Shown: positions 38,361-52,430, numbered from the whole stretch's first letter. The stretch is 53,799 bases of DNA, filler included, from Sluysia triapertura (GCA_046118255.1; 4 parts of 4 records of this genome joined end to end with filler, not necessarily neighbours in it), one strand, 5' to 3'. Made by a program: numbers and translations. Notes: generated from the sequence alone by a model not told the origin.

Positions 38361-38629
38361 GGTTTCGATGAATAATTAATTTATACGAAAATCGATTTGA
38401 AAAAATTGATATAAATTCTACAAACAATAAATCGGATTAAATTATATCGAAATATAAATTAAATTGATTTGTTTTATAAACTGAACTTATAAATTTGTTT
38501 ATACCACAATGTTTTTTACGTCACTCTTAAAATTATAGTGTATATAATTATAGGTCTCGATCACATGTGGTAAATTTATTTTTAACACTGATTGGTCGAG
38601 ATTGAATAGCTAATCAGGTAATCAATATA

Positions 38630-38900
38630 CAAGGCAAGTTTCATTCTGCACACTATGCTGTAAAAATAAATAATGAAAAATAAGTCTGTCGATGATTGGG
38701 CGTCCAACTAGATGAGACAAAACATAAAACAGAAAGACAATTAATTGGACATCCAGTCAACTGAAGTAAACGACGCTGACAGTTTAATACAATATCATGA
38801 TTTAGTTTAATGCACTGACGACTAGTGAAGACCTGACTAATTAAATTAATCAATAAACAGATAGTAATGTATAATAATAATGATAGTAATGAATAATATT
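38630..38900 (+). mobile_element. Possible 3' end of an RTE-like LINE
   Basis: Decayed IGRPTR*..NIK..D...LDI (GRP..RW motif) followed by a (TAA)-rich tail. Confidence 0.3.
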
Positions 38901-39644
38901 AACTAATAATAATTATAATAAAATTAAGTAATAATAATTATAATAAAATAATATAATGAAACTTAAGAACATAAATCCTTTCTATGTTTAATACACGAAC
39001 TTTCTATAATTTTATTTACTATTTTCTTAACATTTTATGAAAAAAATCCTTTAAAATCATAAATGATGTTCTTATATCTTTGTTTTCTTATACTTTTATA
39101 GATAAAATTTTGCAATACTAGTTTTGACTCTTGTTTCTTTTGAAAAAGAATGTGAATTTAGAAAGTGCTGATAAGAGAATGTTTGAAAGAAATGATGGAT
39201 ACTAAAGTGTTTCCAGAATGTTATTTTGATTACGTCTAATGTGGTTTTAAAGTGTTAATTTAATGTTTTCAGTGATATTAGAGATTGGGTGTTGAGGATT
39301 GTCAACTTGAAATATTTTAGATTGATTTTAAAGTTTATGTTTGATAGTTTGAGATGTAATTGTGATTCTAACGTTATACGATCGTGAGTAAATCTTTTAA
39401 AAGAGTTTTTAGATATAGATTGATAGTTTTGAATGTAATTAAGATTTGGATGTTGACAGGTTATTAATTTAAATGTTTTAATTTGATTTTTAAGTGTATG
39501 ACTGATGACTTACGATGTCAAATATGATTTTTATGTTATAAAATTCAGTGTTCACAGTGTTTGCAAGTATTAAGAGTTGTGAATGTTGTGAAGAGTGATT
39601 TTGTTATGTCATCATAAAATAAAATTTGTTAAAGTAATAAGTTG

Positions 39645-39681
39645 GTCACCACACATGGCACTTTAGGCCTTTACCCAAACA
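39645..39681 (-). mobile_element. Leader-only fragment of the tRNA-like repeat
   Basis: Reverse complement reads tgtttgggtaaaggcctaaagtgccatg. Confidence 0.7.
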
Positions 39682-41651
39682 ATACATGCCAAATAAAATT
39701 ACACAACAAAGTATAAAATTCAGAAACAAATGATTAATATATGTAACTATATGAATATTATAATTAGAGCAAAACGTCTAAATTCAGTATAAAATTTTAG
39801 ATTTAAGATTGTCTCTAACTTAAAATTAGAGATGTGCAAATTACTAAATAAATTAAGGAAAAATGTATTGCTTATGAAAATATGTTAAACTTATAATTAT
39901 CAACTTACAAAATTTCAGGAAACTGGAATCATTAATATTTGTTCAATTAATAAGATGGATCAGGAACAGCTTTACCAAGAAATTCTCAAAATTTAGTTTA
40001 ACATTTCGTGCCAACAATCAATCGTGAAGAAACCAATTAAGTGTACTCAGGTTAATTAGAAGGCATTTCAATCCTTCGATCCAATTTGATTTTCTAACGG
40101 ATAAATCACGAGCATAAAATTATTTCGAAATCACAATGGATTTAACCACGAGAAATATAAAAAACTGTAACAATGCTTTTTGGTTCAATCTTATATAGTA
40201 GTTTGTTATTTACTAAAACATACAATTTATTTTCCATTTATTTTTAATTAAAAGTAAACGGTATTTGTTTATTTATTAATTAAATTTTCCATTTTCAGAT
40301 TAGAAATTATTAATATAAATGGTTAGCACTCTACATTATTTCTTTAAGTAATTAATGTTTATTTACGAAATTTCGTCCAAGTAATATTCATTTTTATTTT
40401 TATTTTATTATTATTTTCTGGTTATTATTCTTATTATTGTTATTATTTAACTTCAAAATTTAACACCTAATACTGGATAAATGCATTTTAACTGAAAAAT
40501 GTTGGTTCCAATTGAGGCGCCAAATTTTTCCGTAATTTTTCTAATTTTTTGAGCAGAATTCGGTTACACTAAACGTCTTATAAAGAGAGCGTTTCCGTAA
40601 CTAAGTAAGCTAATAGTTTATCTAAGTGTTATGTGGATATGGTCTTAACAATATATAAGTTTCTCAAAAAGCTTTAGTAATTTGTATTTAAATAATGCAA
40701 AAAGCGTTGATTTTATTTATAAAATACAAAAGTCTAAATAATGATAAGAGAATATAAATACAATTTTTTATAGATTAAATACAATACTTAAATATTTTAA
40801 GTTAATATTACCCTTTAATATATTGGAGACTTCAAAAATTTACAAATGATATGAAATTTACTTATATTTTAAATTTTCAACTTCTAAAGTTGAAAGTGAC
40901 CCTATAAATATATATTTTACGGATAAATGGATTTAATGTTGACCAGTAAATATTTTCTAATTTTTTATTAACTTCTAAATGCGAACAGTTATTAAAAATT
41001 CACAAATCCCCAACAAAGACACTGCAAATTGAATCAAATTAAACTGATTTTTCAAAATGGCGATTTTCTTTAAACTGATGCTAGTTTACATAATAGTCAT
41101 CAGCCACTGACTGAGAATCCATCAAATGTTCTATGACATACTAAAATCTGTTATTCTATTTAGAAGCTAATTTTCTTTTTTCGAAAAATGATTTACTTTT
41201 TGGAAAATAAGATTTATAATTGATTTTTAAATAGTTTTAAATAATTGTTGGGTTATGGAATGTTTATGTTTTTGACAAAATTTAATTTTATTATATTGTT
41301 AAGACAAAGTAATTTTAAAAATTGTAATGAGAAAACATATTTGATAATTTTATTTGAATCAAAAAGAATTTTAGTAATATTTGAGAACACAAAGTTATGA
41401 TTTTGTTTGTCATTTCCAGACTGTTTTGAATTCACTTGGTAGGAGGTTCTAAAAAGATTAAAATAATGTGAATAAGTTATAATGTTACAAATAAAATTAA
41501 TGATCAAGTTAAGTTCAATAATTACTTTTAAATAGCCAAGGCCGTGTAGGGAAATCATATAAAATTCATCACACTTCATCACATAAAAACATTTCACATG
41601 TACACAGATCATTAAACAAACTACTAAACTCATTCAAAAAACAAACATAAT

Positions 41652-41751
41652 NNNNNNNNNNNNNNNNNNNNNNNNNNNNNNNNNNNNNNNNNNNNTTAAT
41701 TAATTAANNNNNNNNNNNNNNNNNNNNNNNNNNNNNNNNNNNNNNNNNNNN
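41652..41751. other. Assembly join with TTAATTAATTAA linker
   Basis: 44 N + 12-mer + 44 N. Confidence 0.95.
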
Positions 41752-42688
41752 CATGGCCATAAGTTATTAGCCAATTAAGTTAATATTATAAAATTGGACC
41801 AAAAAAGGTTTGGTAGTGAAAGGGTTAAAATTTTATATTCATTTGTATTTAAATTTGAACATTCTGCAAATCAAGACATTCTTTTTTTAAAATTAACATT
41901 CTTTGATAATTCAGACATTCTACAAACATTCTTTTTCAATGTTATACAATGCGCTGGATCGTCATAATGAGTGTATAATTAAAATTTTTTTGTTGATTTA
42001 AAATTTTAGGAATATAATAAATCAAATCAAAAGTTTTGTTATTTTGCAATACTAATTGATATTCCGATCACTAATAAATATTTGCAAATTAATCAGACTG
42101 ACAAGAATTAAAGATTCTCATGATGTATTGAAGACCAGAAAGAAAATTTGTAAAACTCTGCAAAAAATAAAAATATTGAAAGGTGATTGTATAAAAAGGG
42201 ATAAATCAAAAAAATCAAGAGGCGAATTTTTTATTTAAAGATTAAAATATTCGAAAGTAGAAAATTAATGATTAAAAAGGATTTGTGATTCTGAAATTAG
42301 TAAATGAGTAATTAAGTTGAATTGTATTTAAATTTTGTTAATATTAAAATTTTACTTATTTCATTATAATGTAACATATTTTTGAGTATCTTGAGACTGA
42401 TTATTGGCCGAATTCAGTGTCTTTAGTAAATTTTAAATGTAAACATGACTGAATTACAAATAAGTAAATTTGAAACCCATAACGAATCATCTGAAATGAA
42501 TGCATCATTCTAAATAGTATATTAATTAAATAATAATTATATAATTAAATAGTATATTACCGAATGTCAACGTATCACAAATCGAAACACTGTCACTAAA
42601 GAAATAGTGAAGTATTTTTTAAAAACTATTTTAAAACAATCATAGAAATAAATATCTAAAATATCATTATTTTATCATTAAAACTAAC

Positions 42689-43006
42689 TTGTGCAGTTGA
42701 TGTATACAAACGAATTGCTAGATCAGATTGAGTGATGCTTGCAATTGTAATGTAACTGAATGCCAAACAAGCACGCACAAAAGAGCCACTACTTGAATTA
42801 TGAACCTGGTTTGGTCGTAACGATCGTACACGCATGGCTAAACTATTAGCACGTTGTGTTACAGCTTGCATTAGGTGTTCATTGGAACTACCAAGATAAC
42901 CTCGGAACTGTGTTAATAGCTCTAATTCTGGCTCTACTTGACGACCGGTCGATCGAATTCGGTCAAGAAGTTGAAGAGAAAGTTTCGATACACAACGCCT
43001 ATTATC
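42689..43006 (-). CDS. VPS35L: VPS35L exon 7 (last visible exon)
   Basis: DNRRCVSKL..ANSLAMRVR..HNSSSGSFVRACLAFSYITIASI..RLYTSTAQ resembles human NRLAM..[23 protein letters not shown]; ttag acceptor and gttagt donor. Confidence 0.9.
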
Positions 43007-43637
43007 CTAATTATATAAAACTATAATATAAAAATAACGAAAATCAAAAATTAAATTGGTTAGATAGTGAAATATTAAATTAAAAGAAAGATGATCATAA
43101 TGAAGATGTTGTGTGATGGAAATTGAACAATTATTTCAATTATTTACCATAATTTTTGCAGAAAAATAGTGCATAAACATCAGAATTTTGTATAAATCCC
43201 ACATTTTATTTACTTAAATATTCTGGATCTTATTTACTATTTGAGATTGGGATTCTACTTAATATTTTTAATTATAATAAGTGCAATATTTTTAAAATGA
43301 AAATTAAAAGAAATAATTTGCTTTAAAAAATTTAAACAATTTTTCAGATCTAAGTGAAGCGTTATAACTTGTATTTTATCTCATTAACATAAATTATTGA
43401 ATGAATAGGAGTTAATTACGTTTATATTTGTATTGTGTATAAAATGGTAAATGAATAAAAAACTTGAAATCATACTTACAATTTCGAGTCAAAGAAATCA
43501 CGATAAGTTATAAGTAATTCAAATTTTTCGCAAGATATTAATATAGAAATGCTACGAACTAAAATAAAATTGAGTCAAGATTAGTAAACATTAAATTTTT
43601 TAATTAAATATTAAAAATAAATATGAATTATATATTA

Positions 43638-43845
43638 CTAGCTGCATCCTGCTAAAAGTTGCTGCGGCTCATTATGATTAAATGGAAAAGAAAGAACAGC
43701 GAAAGCGCACATTTATAATGTTTAATTTCACAATGTTTGTGGATATACAATATTTTTGTTCCACTGCCTGTGTAGATATAGAGATTGTTTAGTTTACCGA
43801 CTCTAAAATACACAATATATAATTGCCCATGTGAGAAGTAGTACA
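43638..43845 (-). mobile_element. Helitron 3' end (Pif1 helicase C-terminus and terminal CTAG) inside a VPS35L intron
   Basis: FSHGQLYIV..RVGKLNNLYIY and, after a frameshift, KNIVYPQ; terminus gcagcaacttttagcaggatgcagCTAG followed by T. Confidence 0.85.
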
Positions 43846-44139
43846 ACTCCCACTTAGGGCCAAATTTTGTACAACTTAATAGTAATTCCCATGAAACGGA
43901 AGACTTTTTGAATGAATAAAACCACATTTGGGTAAAAATTATTTACGAATGAAAAAAATTAATAAAGATTTTTCCTAGTTTCTAAATAAATAACTGTTCA
44001 AAAAATTTCGAAAACCATTTTGTTTGAAATAAATTATTCAAGTAAATTTCAATCCGATAAAAGTTTATTATTCCTATTTTTTCAATTTATTTATAAGGGT
44101 TAACGAATATGGCAAGAAAGTTAATTTATAATCAAAAGA

Positions 44140-45099
44140 TCAGAATATGTAAGAACACTGAGGCTTATATCTATAAAGGTGCATATATTGGTGAAAAATC
44201 TCTCATTTCTAAAGGAAGTCTACACCGTCTAAAATTGAAAAGGAAATCTTAGCTCAAGCGCAAATATGGATGTTCACTAAACTTTTTATCATCTTAGATT
44301 CAATGGTCCAACTTTGAAATCGCAGATAAGCATTCCAATAAAGACTTTGTCGCTTCAAATGGCTCTCTTCACAAATTCAAAACACAATTTGACATCAAAT
44401 TCGAAACTCTTCGAGGCGCATCTTAATCAGCAGAAAACTTTCAATCACTAGTGAATAATTTAATTGAGTAATATGGTCAATAAAATGTTTTTAATTGTGA
44501 TGAAACAGCAGTTTTTAAGACACTCAAGCAGAAAAGTTTTGTTTAAAAATTAAAAATTAATTAACAGACAAAATTAGAAAACGTCCCGCGAAACTTTTAC
44601 GCCTTAGTTATCGTGGTAAAAATGAGGACAGATGAAGTCATCAAGAATATTAAGAGTGGATCTGAAAGAGTGGATGACAAAATATTTTTGAAAATTGGTT
44701 ATCTCGTTTAAAGGAAGATGAGATAAAAATAGCTCTGTTAATGGATAATGCATCTCACACTTCTCCTTTGAGCAAAATCGACATAGTGGAAAACATCAAA
44801 AGAAATAATGTCTGATCGATCAGGATATTGTGTAGGATGCATTTTCAGAGACCATAGATGATGATACTGATAGTAATGAAGACAAGATGTATAATCTGCT
44901 TTCACGATGCTCCACTATATATTAACCAGATGATGTCCTTAACCTATACAAATTCAAAGCTGACATTATGGATTCACTGCGAAAAAAACAAAGTAACTTA
45001 TTCTTTTATTAAAAAATAATAACGCTAATGATTTATCTTGGTTTTTGATTATAAATTCTTTTTGCCACATTTCTGTACTAAGATTTCGAGGTCTCACTG
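44140..45099 (+). mobile_element. pogo/Tigger-like transposase remnant with right terminus
   Basis: FVASNGSLHKFK..I..LRGAS; NVFNCDETA; WMT..FENWL; KIALLMDNA; ends tcgaggtctcACTG followed by TA. Confidence 0.75.
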
Positions 45100-45262
45100 T
45101 ATTAAGGAAAGTTTAATTTTTTAATGAATCATATCACAAGGAAACTTTTTATTTCTTATGTAAAGTAATCATAAATATCTAAAATAAACAATTTTTACAA
45201 TCAACTGAAACAAATGACAAAGTTTAAGAAATATTTGTTGATTTAGCAATTATTACACTAAC

Positions 45263-45463
45263 ACTAGTGGACAAAGAATGTAATGAATCGTGCATTTCTC
45301 TTAACATTCTTAAGCACGATTGTATGATAACATGATCTGACAAAAACTCATTTTGTTGACTTGCAAAGAATGTTTCTAATACCAAATTACGTGCTTCAAT
45401 AATACTAGGTTCTCGATCAAATAAACTAATTAGCTGAATGAATTCTTGGCTTGGAAGTATATT
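45263..45463 (-). CDS. VPS35L: VPS35L exon 6
   Basis: NILPSQEFIQLISLF..DHVIIQSCLRMLREMHDSLHSLST resembles DPVIL..KTMHDSVNALT; phase-0 AG and GT junctions. Confidence 0.85.
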
Positions 45464-47259
45464 CTGAATTTTAATTATATTATTTAATTATTTTAATTTA
45501 TATTAATTTTATTTTATAAGAAACTATCAAATAATATTTTGTATAATTTTATTTTATTTGACATTTCAAAACGTAACAGGTCATAATTTAAACATTGCAT
45601 TTTGATTATTAAAATGAAAAATAGAGAAAAATGAAAAATCCAAAAAGGTCGGGAAATAATAATAATAAAACTTATAATAAAATGCTAGTTAAATAGTTAT
45701 AATAATAAAATACAATAATGAAATAATTTTAGAGGCATTTATTACACAATATAAAAATTTTAACACTATGGGATACAGTTTTATAATTTAAAATCTTAAT
45801 AAAATAAAAAATACCTTTTTTGTAGCTTCAAAATAAACAGCTTAAAAGTTCTGAAATTAAGAAAGAAATATCTCAAAAGTGCACTTAATTTAAATAAATA
45901 AAATGAAACTAAAATAGAATGTAATAAACACAGAATGAAACTTACCACACTTATCAGCAAATAAATAAAGTTACGCAATACTGCTGCTAAAAGGAAATAA
46001 AAATACTAATACTAACACAAACTAACACATTATCACCAATACATGAAAGAATAAATTACACGTCCAAACCAATATTGTGAAAGAAAATTAGAAAATATAT
46101 GTAATTGACCGTGTATAAAAATCACTAATGATATTAACTAGCCAAAGAAATTAACCATATAATAAAAAGTAATTATAGAATAAAAGAATGACTATAGTTT
46201 AATGTCAGTGAAAAGTAATATATAAAGTAGAGATTCTTATATTATTTCAGAGTAACAATCTCTGGTTGAATTATTTTTAACATCATTTTATTTGTTGGTA
46301 AATATAGTAAATGATAATAATTTTAGTTAAAAATGTGTAACAAAATCTTTATTATTACATGTGGTCCATTTTAAAGTATAATTGTATTCATTTGAATTTG
46401 TTTTATTGTTATAAAATGTATCTTTGTGTGTTGAAAATTTAATTCGTTTTGTGACTTAGAATTATTTAATTGTAGAACTTGTACTTTCACCTCTGCTATC
46501 AAAGACAAGTTCAGGACTAATCTCTACATTATAGAGACCGATTACAAATCAATTTGATTGACTGAATTTATATAAAATAAAAATATCATTTATTAAAGGT
46601 AAAAGTTCGTAATACTTAAGATAATTTGACGATAGTAATATAACCATAAAATATATCAAAATGAATGTAAAATGATTATTTTTAGAATAAAATAATCAAA
46701 CACTGAAATAAACTATTGCATATAAATAGAACCATACACCCTATCTCAAACTGAGGTTTCAAATTCAAAGTTTTAATGATTTTCGAAACACTGGTCTCAA
46801 TTATTTTATACAATAACTTTATACAAAGACATTTAATCTAATATAGGAAAAACATTGAATTATTATTTTTTATACTGACAGTATGTTATATTCTATTTTA
46901 TAAGTGATTTGCATATGATAATTGAATCTTAGGCGAGATTCTTAAAGAGCGCCGCCACTACTACCTAAACATAAACGACGTCAGAAAAGTGTGCAAAATG
47001 TAAGATTATTTCAGTTAATCTATGTGCTTATAATACTATATATTGTTTAGTCTACTAGTTGAAAGATTGAAGTATGCATTCGGCAACCTATAATGTAGGT
47101 ACATTAATCAATTAAGCAAATGAATTTCTTTTAAATTTATTTTATTGTCACGTTAGTGTGCCTCTAAATTTTTTTATTAAAAGTATGCCCCGTCAGAAAA
47201 ATGTTAAGAATCACTACTTTAAGTTATTATACATTAAAAACTAAAACAAAAAATAATAC

Positions 47260-47462
47260 CTGAAAATCGCAATTACTGCTGACAATCTTATTGAGAATTG
47301 ATTGTAAATTATTATAATAAATTCTATAATCTGAATCCCGTTGCATTTCTTTCACAATACATCTTATATATCTGCAAACCTGAGTGTGATCGAAATTTAA
47401 AGCAACGAATTCAGCCCAAGCATCAACACATTCAAGGAAATGCCGAATTTCTGTTAATTTAA
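47260..47462 (-). CDS. VPS35L: VPS35L exon 5
   Basis: KLTEIRHFLECVDAWAEFV..YNNLQSILNKIV resembles KLKNPQDYINCAEVWVEY..YPQLQLIIKKV; tttcag acceptor and cag|gt donor; phases agree with neighbouring exons. Confidence 0.88.
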
Positions 47463-50400
47463 CTGAAATAAATAATAAAATATTTTCACATAATAATTAA
47501 TAATTATTATTAATAAGTTTATTTAGACTTAGGATTTCACAAAAATGCACTAATTTCACTAATATCTAAATATCTTTTTTAGTATAAAGCAGAGATCCTA
47601 GCCTTTCACAACTTAAGACTTTCTAAATTCATGAAGGTACGTTTTGTTAATGCATGCTTCCTTATTGACATCCTAGGTGCATAACTCATAACATAATTAA
47701 AATTCCAAGTTTAAATTACCTAATCTTTAAACACTTCGTTAGCCTTAAAACAATCTACGTCATTCAAACTTTAAATCATTTAACAATAACATTAAACAAA
47801 AAAATTCACCCTACAAATCATTTACCAACTCAACCAATTCATATCTGTACAATATTAAAACATTACTGCAACCTAATTCAGCAAATTATACTAATCCTAC
47901 GCTTAAAAATCATTTAATAATTCCTTAAACATCATGCACAATATATTTTAATACGCAATTTAGAAGAGTATTCCTTTAATCATTCATACACTAGTCATTC
48001 AAACGATACCCAAACATCAAATAATATGTTAAATTATGTATTGAGAATGAAAAAATAGATACAAAAATCATAATTAAAATCATAATTGGTGTTTATTATT
48101 GTTATATACATTATTATATTTTTTAACATACTATTACAAAAATATCAGCATCCATTAGAGTTCATACATATTTTTATTAATTTGGTGGCTCACCATTTAT
48201 TCAAACATTAATTATCGTTGGCTCACTATTTTATTATTGCTAAATAGTTTAATATCCATCATTCAGTATTATTTTATTATATTTACAATAAATAATACAA
48301 TATCTTTTAAAAGTTCGAACCACTAAAATGCTGCGTAATACTTAAAACGAAATCTATTTAAAAATTTAGAAAATATAAAACCAATGAGAAAGTGATTAGA
48401 TATTACTATGTACCAAAAATAAAAATGGACGCCAAAAGTTAGAGACAATTAAAAAGAAATTGGCAACAGCAAAAATTAATATTAATTAAAAACAAAAGTG
48501 CGATTAATAATTACAAGCAAAGTTGAAAAGATTAAAAATTGTCCGATAAAAATCGGAATAAGGTATTACAGAAATTGTATTTTTTAATTTTAAAAAATAA
48601 TACAGCTAATGATACTAAAGAGGTCAATACAAAATGAATGTTCGATTGCCATTATTTGTTAAATAATGCAGTATCTAAGTATGATATTGATGTCTCCAAA
48701 AGACGTAGAATGTCAGTTTGCCAACTTATACAGATGAAGTCTAACAATACGAAAACTCTAGATAATTCCTCTATTATTTATAATCGATTGACAATCAATT
48801 TCTAAATGATCAAAGATTTTTAAAGTTTTTGGAACTTCAAACTCAAAACGTTATACAACATCAGTGTAATTCATTAATGGAATTGCGACAAACAGACGTA
48901 TGTTAGGTAAAAATTGAAAAACACAACAATCTAGAGGTGACATGAATTAATGTTTTAGGACAAAGAAATTACAATGAAACTGCGGAAGTAGAAATCTAAT
49001 TAGGTAGCTAAAAGAAATATAGAAAGAATTTAAAAACATGTTTACTTTAAGTACGTGTGTGGTGTCCCAGCCATTTGCCGTATCTTTGTTATCACCCACA
49101 CTCTTAAATTTACATAAAATTCATTCACTACATCCTAAAACCTAAAATAGAATCATTAATATACAAACTGTAAAAATATTAATATTAAAATTGCTCTTTT
49201 TCCAGCATCGTCTTCCTCATTCTCATCAACACCATTCCAAAGAGCATCTTGAAACTCTTAACGTTACATTCTCTTTTGTTAAAATATTTATTAAGCTGTA
49301 TATTAAAAAAATTTATATTGTATTTACAAATTCATATTTTTAATTCTTATGTATTAATGTTCGTAACCTCAAAATTGATAACATTATCACAACTTATTAT
49401 ATTGATAACTCAGAAAGAAATAAAAAGAAATCTAGTAATATGATAAGTTTAGAAGAAAAATCAAAAATATATTTTATGCTCATTTTTTTGGTTTTAATAT
49501 TAAAAATTTTCACATTAAAAAGATAATTTGGATTCTTCATAATTTTGTTAATAAAATTTGATTAATGTGTTTTCTTAGTTGTTCATATCATCAAAACGTT
49601 AACCATATGTTGTATGAAGACTTCGGTATTTGTTATTAAACACTTTTGGCTGATTGGGCGCGAGATGAATGCATGCTTGTTTAAATAAAAAGATAATGTT
49701 CTGTTGTATAAATTGCTATTGTTCAATTATTAAATAAGTGTGTAACGGATTTACATCTAGAGCAATATTTTTATAACAATTAAATAAAAAATAGCAATAT
49801 TTTATTCTTATTATTATAAAGTAATAGAAATGATTTTTTACGTTTGTTTAAGTTGACCTTGAAGATTATATCACATTTTAACTTTGTATTACATATTTTG
49901 TGTTTAATTTTTAAATTTTTTTGAATATCTTAATTTATTGGAGTTGAAGTTAATCCTAATGTAACTCAAATACGAACGTATTCAAATATATCTTGTATAG
50001 AAAAAATTATTAAAAATAAACTGTTGAGTTATATTTTATAGTTTATTGTTGAATTTTATTTTTATAATTTACATTTTATTGTCAAGTTTAAATTTTATTA
50101 AAATCATTATTTTTATTATAAAATAGTATTAAATAACTTTTTCAAAAATAATAAATTGGTACTTTAAATAAAATAAGTAAATTTTATTTTCTAAAATAAG
50201 TTAATAATAAATTTTAAGCTAATAAAATATTTTTTTATTTTTTTGTTTAAACAAAGCAATTATAAAGAAATTGTTTAAATGAAGTACTTTATAAGCAGAT
50301 AAGATAGCAATTTAAAAATTTTATTATAATTATTTTAATCTCATCGTAAGACTAGAGATTTAAATTTTTTACTTAAATTTTATTAAATTTGATTCTAGAC

Positions 50401-51071
50401 CGTAACATTGTAGATTAATTTTTATCTAATCTTTTTACCAAACTCTAATAGATGTAATATCTTTTAAGTATTACATAAAATAATTATAATTTTTACTACA
50501 AAGTGTATAATTTTTATTTTAAGTATATAAAATTATCTAAAATATAAGTTCTTATTGTTTTTTAGAATTCATTAAATATTTTAAAAATTAAAATCATTAG
50601 TGTGTAAACTAGACCGTAAAAGGCTAGTTCAAATTGATTTCACACACTAGATCGTAATGAAGCTAGTTTAACCTATATTAAAATATATTGTGATAAATTT
50701 ATTAAATTATTCGTCATTTCCTCTTCTTCTTTTCAGAAGCAGAAACACAAGATTAATGATACTTCTTTATTTCATGGTAAAAAGTACAACTCACATTCCT
50801 GATAAATATAAATTATTTAACACATTCTTAACACATAGAAGATGATATGTGATGAAAAGCGTATAGCCCGAATTGTGATAATTTCTAAAACACAGTTTTA
50901 TATTTTATATACTCATAATTGCAGTTTTTATACGATGTTGCTTCAAATTCCATTTAACGTGAATTCCTTAGTTCCATCCTCAATGTGTTAAGAATGAGAT
51001 CGCAACTAGAATAAAATACTTTTATTGTAACTACATATTTAAATATAATTAACAATCAATGAAATACAAAC

Positions 51072-51664
51072 CAATAAATTTCCAAACTGTTTTAAGAAGA
51101 TTTAAAGCTTCATCACTAGTTAACAAAGAGCTTTTTCTATCACTTCCTGATCTACTCAACATACTTACACAAATACCTAATTGTCTGTACAAGGTGTATC
51201 TTGGATAAGCACTATTCGGTAAATTTTGTACAAGATTAGCAAAATAAATCGCTTTACCTTTTATATATTCTGTATCTAATGAACAAATAGCTGCATGTAC
51301 CAATAAGGGATTATTAATAGTTTCGATTTGGGACATTATTTTATCTAAATTGATATTAGTACAACCAACACTTAAACATTGCAACAACCAGTCTACTGCT
51401 GGTACAAACAATTGTAAATAAGGCATATTAGTATCGCTAGATTTAATTATATCAACATTTGAATATTTTTGATTCATTAATTTAAGACTTTCTAAAACAT
51501 CTTCAAATGCAACTTCAAGATAATCTTTTCGATGCGGATATATAGAAATACCAATACGAGCTACATATGCTCGAGCATATGTTGCAAGAAGAGGATCGCC
51601 AATACCTCTAGTCATTTTCATTAAACGATTTAATGATGGCCCAATAGAGTCACTTTGAAAGAAT
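51072..51664 (-). CDS. VPS35L: VPS35L exon 4
   Basis: RLMKMTRGIGDPLLATYARAYVARIG..PAVDWLLQC..LLKTVWKFI. Confidence 0.93.
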
Positions 51665-51702
51665 CTGAAAATAAATAATTACATACATAAAATTAAACTT
51701 AC

Positions 51703-52159
51703 TTATAGCATGGCAAAAGAACAGCTTCCACATAAAGTCTAGCAACTAATTCTCGAATTGATGCTACTTTATAGAACCAATTTTTAGCTGTTTCTTTAGC
51801 TACTTCAGGTACTTGATTTTCTTTAAAATTTTCCGGTAACGTAATAGGTACTTTAGATCCTCTCTGAGTATAAGTAGATTTACTTTTTAACCTTTCGTAA
51901 ACCAGATTACCAAAATTATCTATTAAATCGGTTACTAGAACAAATTTGCTGGGAAAAAATTGTACTACATTTACTTCTGAAAGTAATTTTGTGGTTTGTA
52001 TTACGATTTGTAGTGATTTTACACGTTGACCTTCATTCCAAGATTCTTTTAAAGCATGATTTAATTCATTAATTTTTTCCGTAAATTGATGGGAATTTAA
52101 ATTCGACGTTTCACGAATTTCTTCGTCGAATAAATCTAATTGTTCTATTTTGTTTTTAA
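51703..52159 (-). CDS. VPS35L: VPS35L exon 3
   Basis: WNEGQRVKSLQIVIQTTKLLSE..QFFPSKFVLVTDLIDNFGNLVYERL..AKETAKNWFYKVASIRELVARLYVEA. Confidence 0.93.
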
Positions 52160-52191
52160 CTAAACCTCAGTTAAAGCACAAAATGTATTAC

Positions 52192-52430
52192 TTTTATTAG
52201 ATGCAGAATTTGTATTAATTTTGGATATAACTTTAATTTCTTCATTTGGTTTTGCTGATAAAAAACTACTAATAATACTGAGTTTTTCAGAAGTAGTGTA
52301 CATTGCAAGTATATTTAATCTTTTAGACGACCATGGTTCAATATTAAGCGTTTCAGTTTTATTATCTTTATTTTCTTGTAACGTATTATCAACAATTGAC
52401 AAAGGATCTAAAGGATCAATAAACCTTTCC
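52192..52430 (-). CDS. VPS35L: VPS35L exon 2
   Basis: DPLDPLS..EPWSSKRLNILAMYTTSEKLSI resembles human [22 protein letters not shown]. Confidence 0.9.

Noticed and set aside
39940-40200. Further VPS35L exon (AVPDP resembling IVPDHP)
   Set aside because: Followed immediately by a stop, with no extended similarity.
41060-41110. Possible hammerhead ribozyme (CTGATGA...GAAA on the minus strand)
   Set aside because: No convincing stems I-III, and the homologous copy near 3617 has ATGATGA.
50340-50670. CRISPR-like spaced repeats (ctaga(c/t)cgtaa)
   Set aside because: Few, degenerate and irregularly spaced copies in a eukaryotic intron; a minisatellite remnant.
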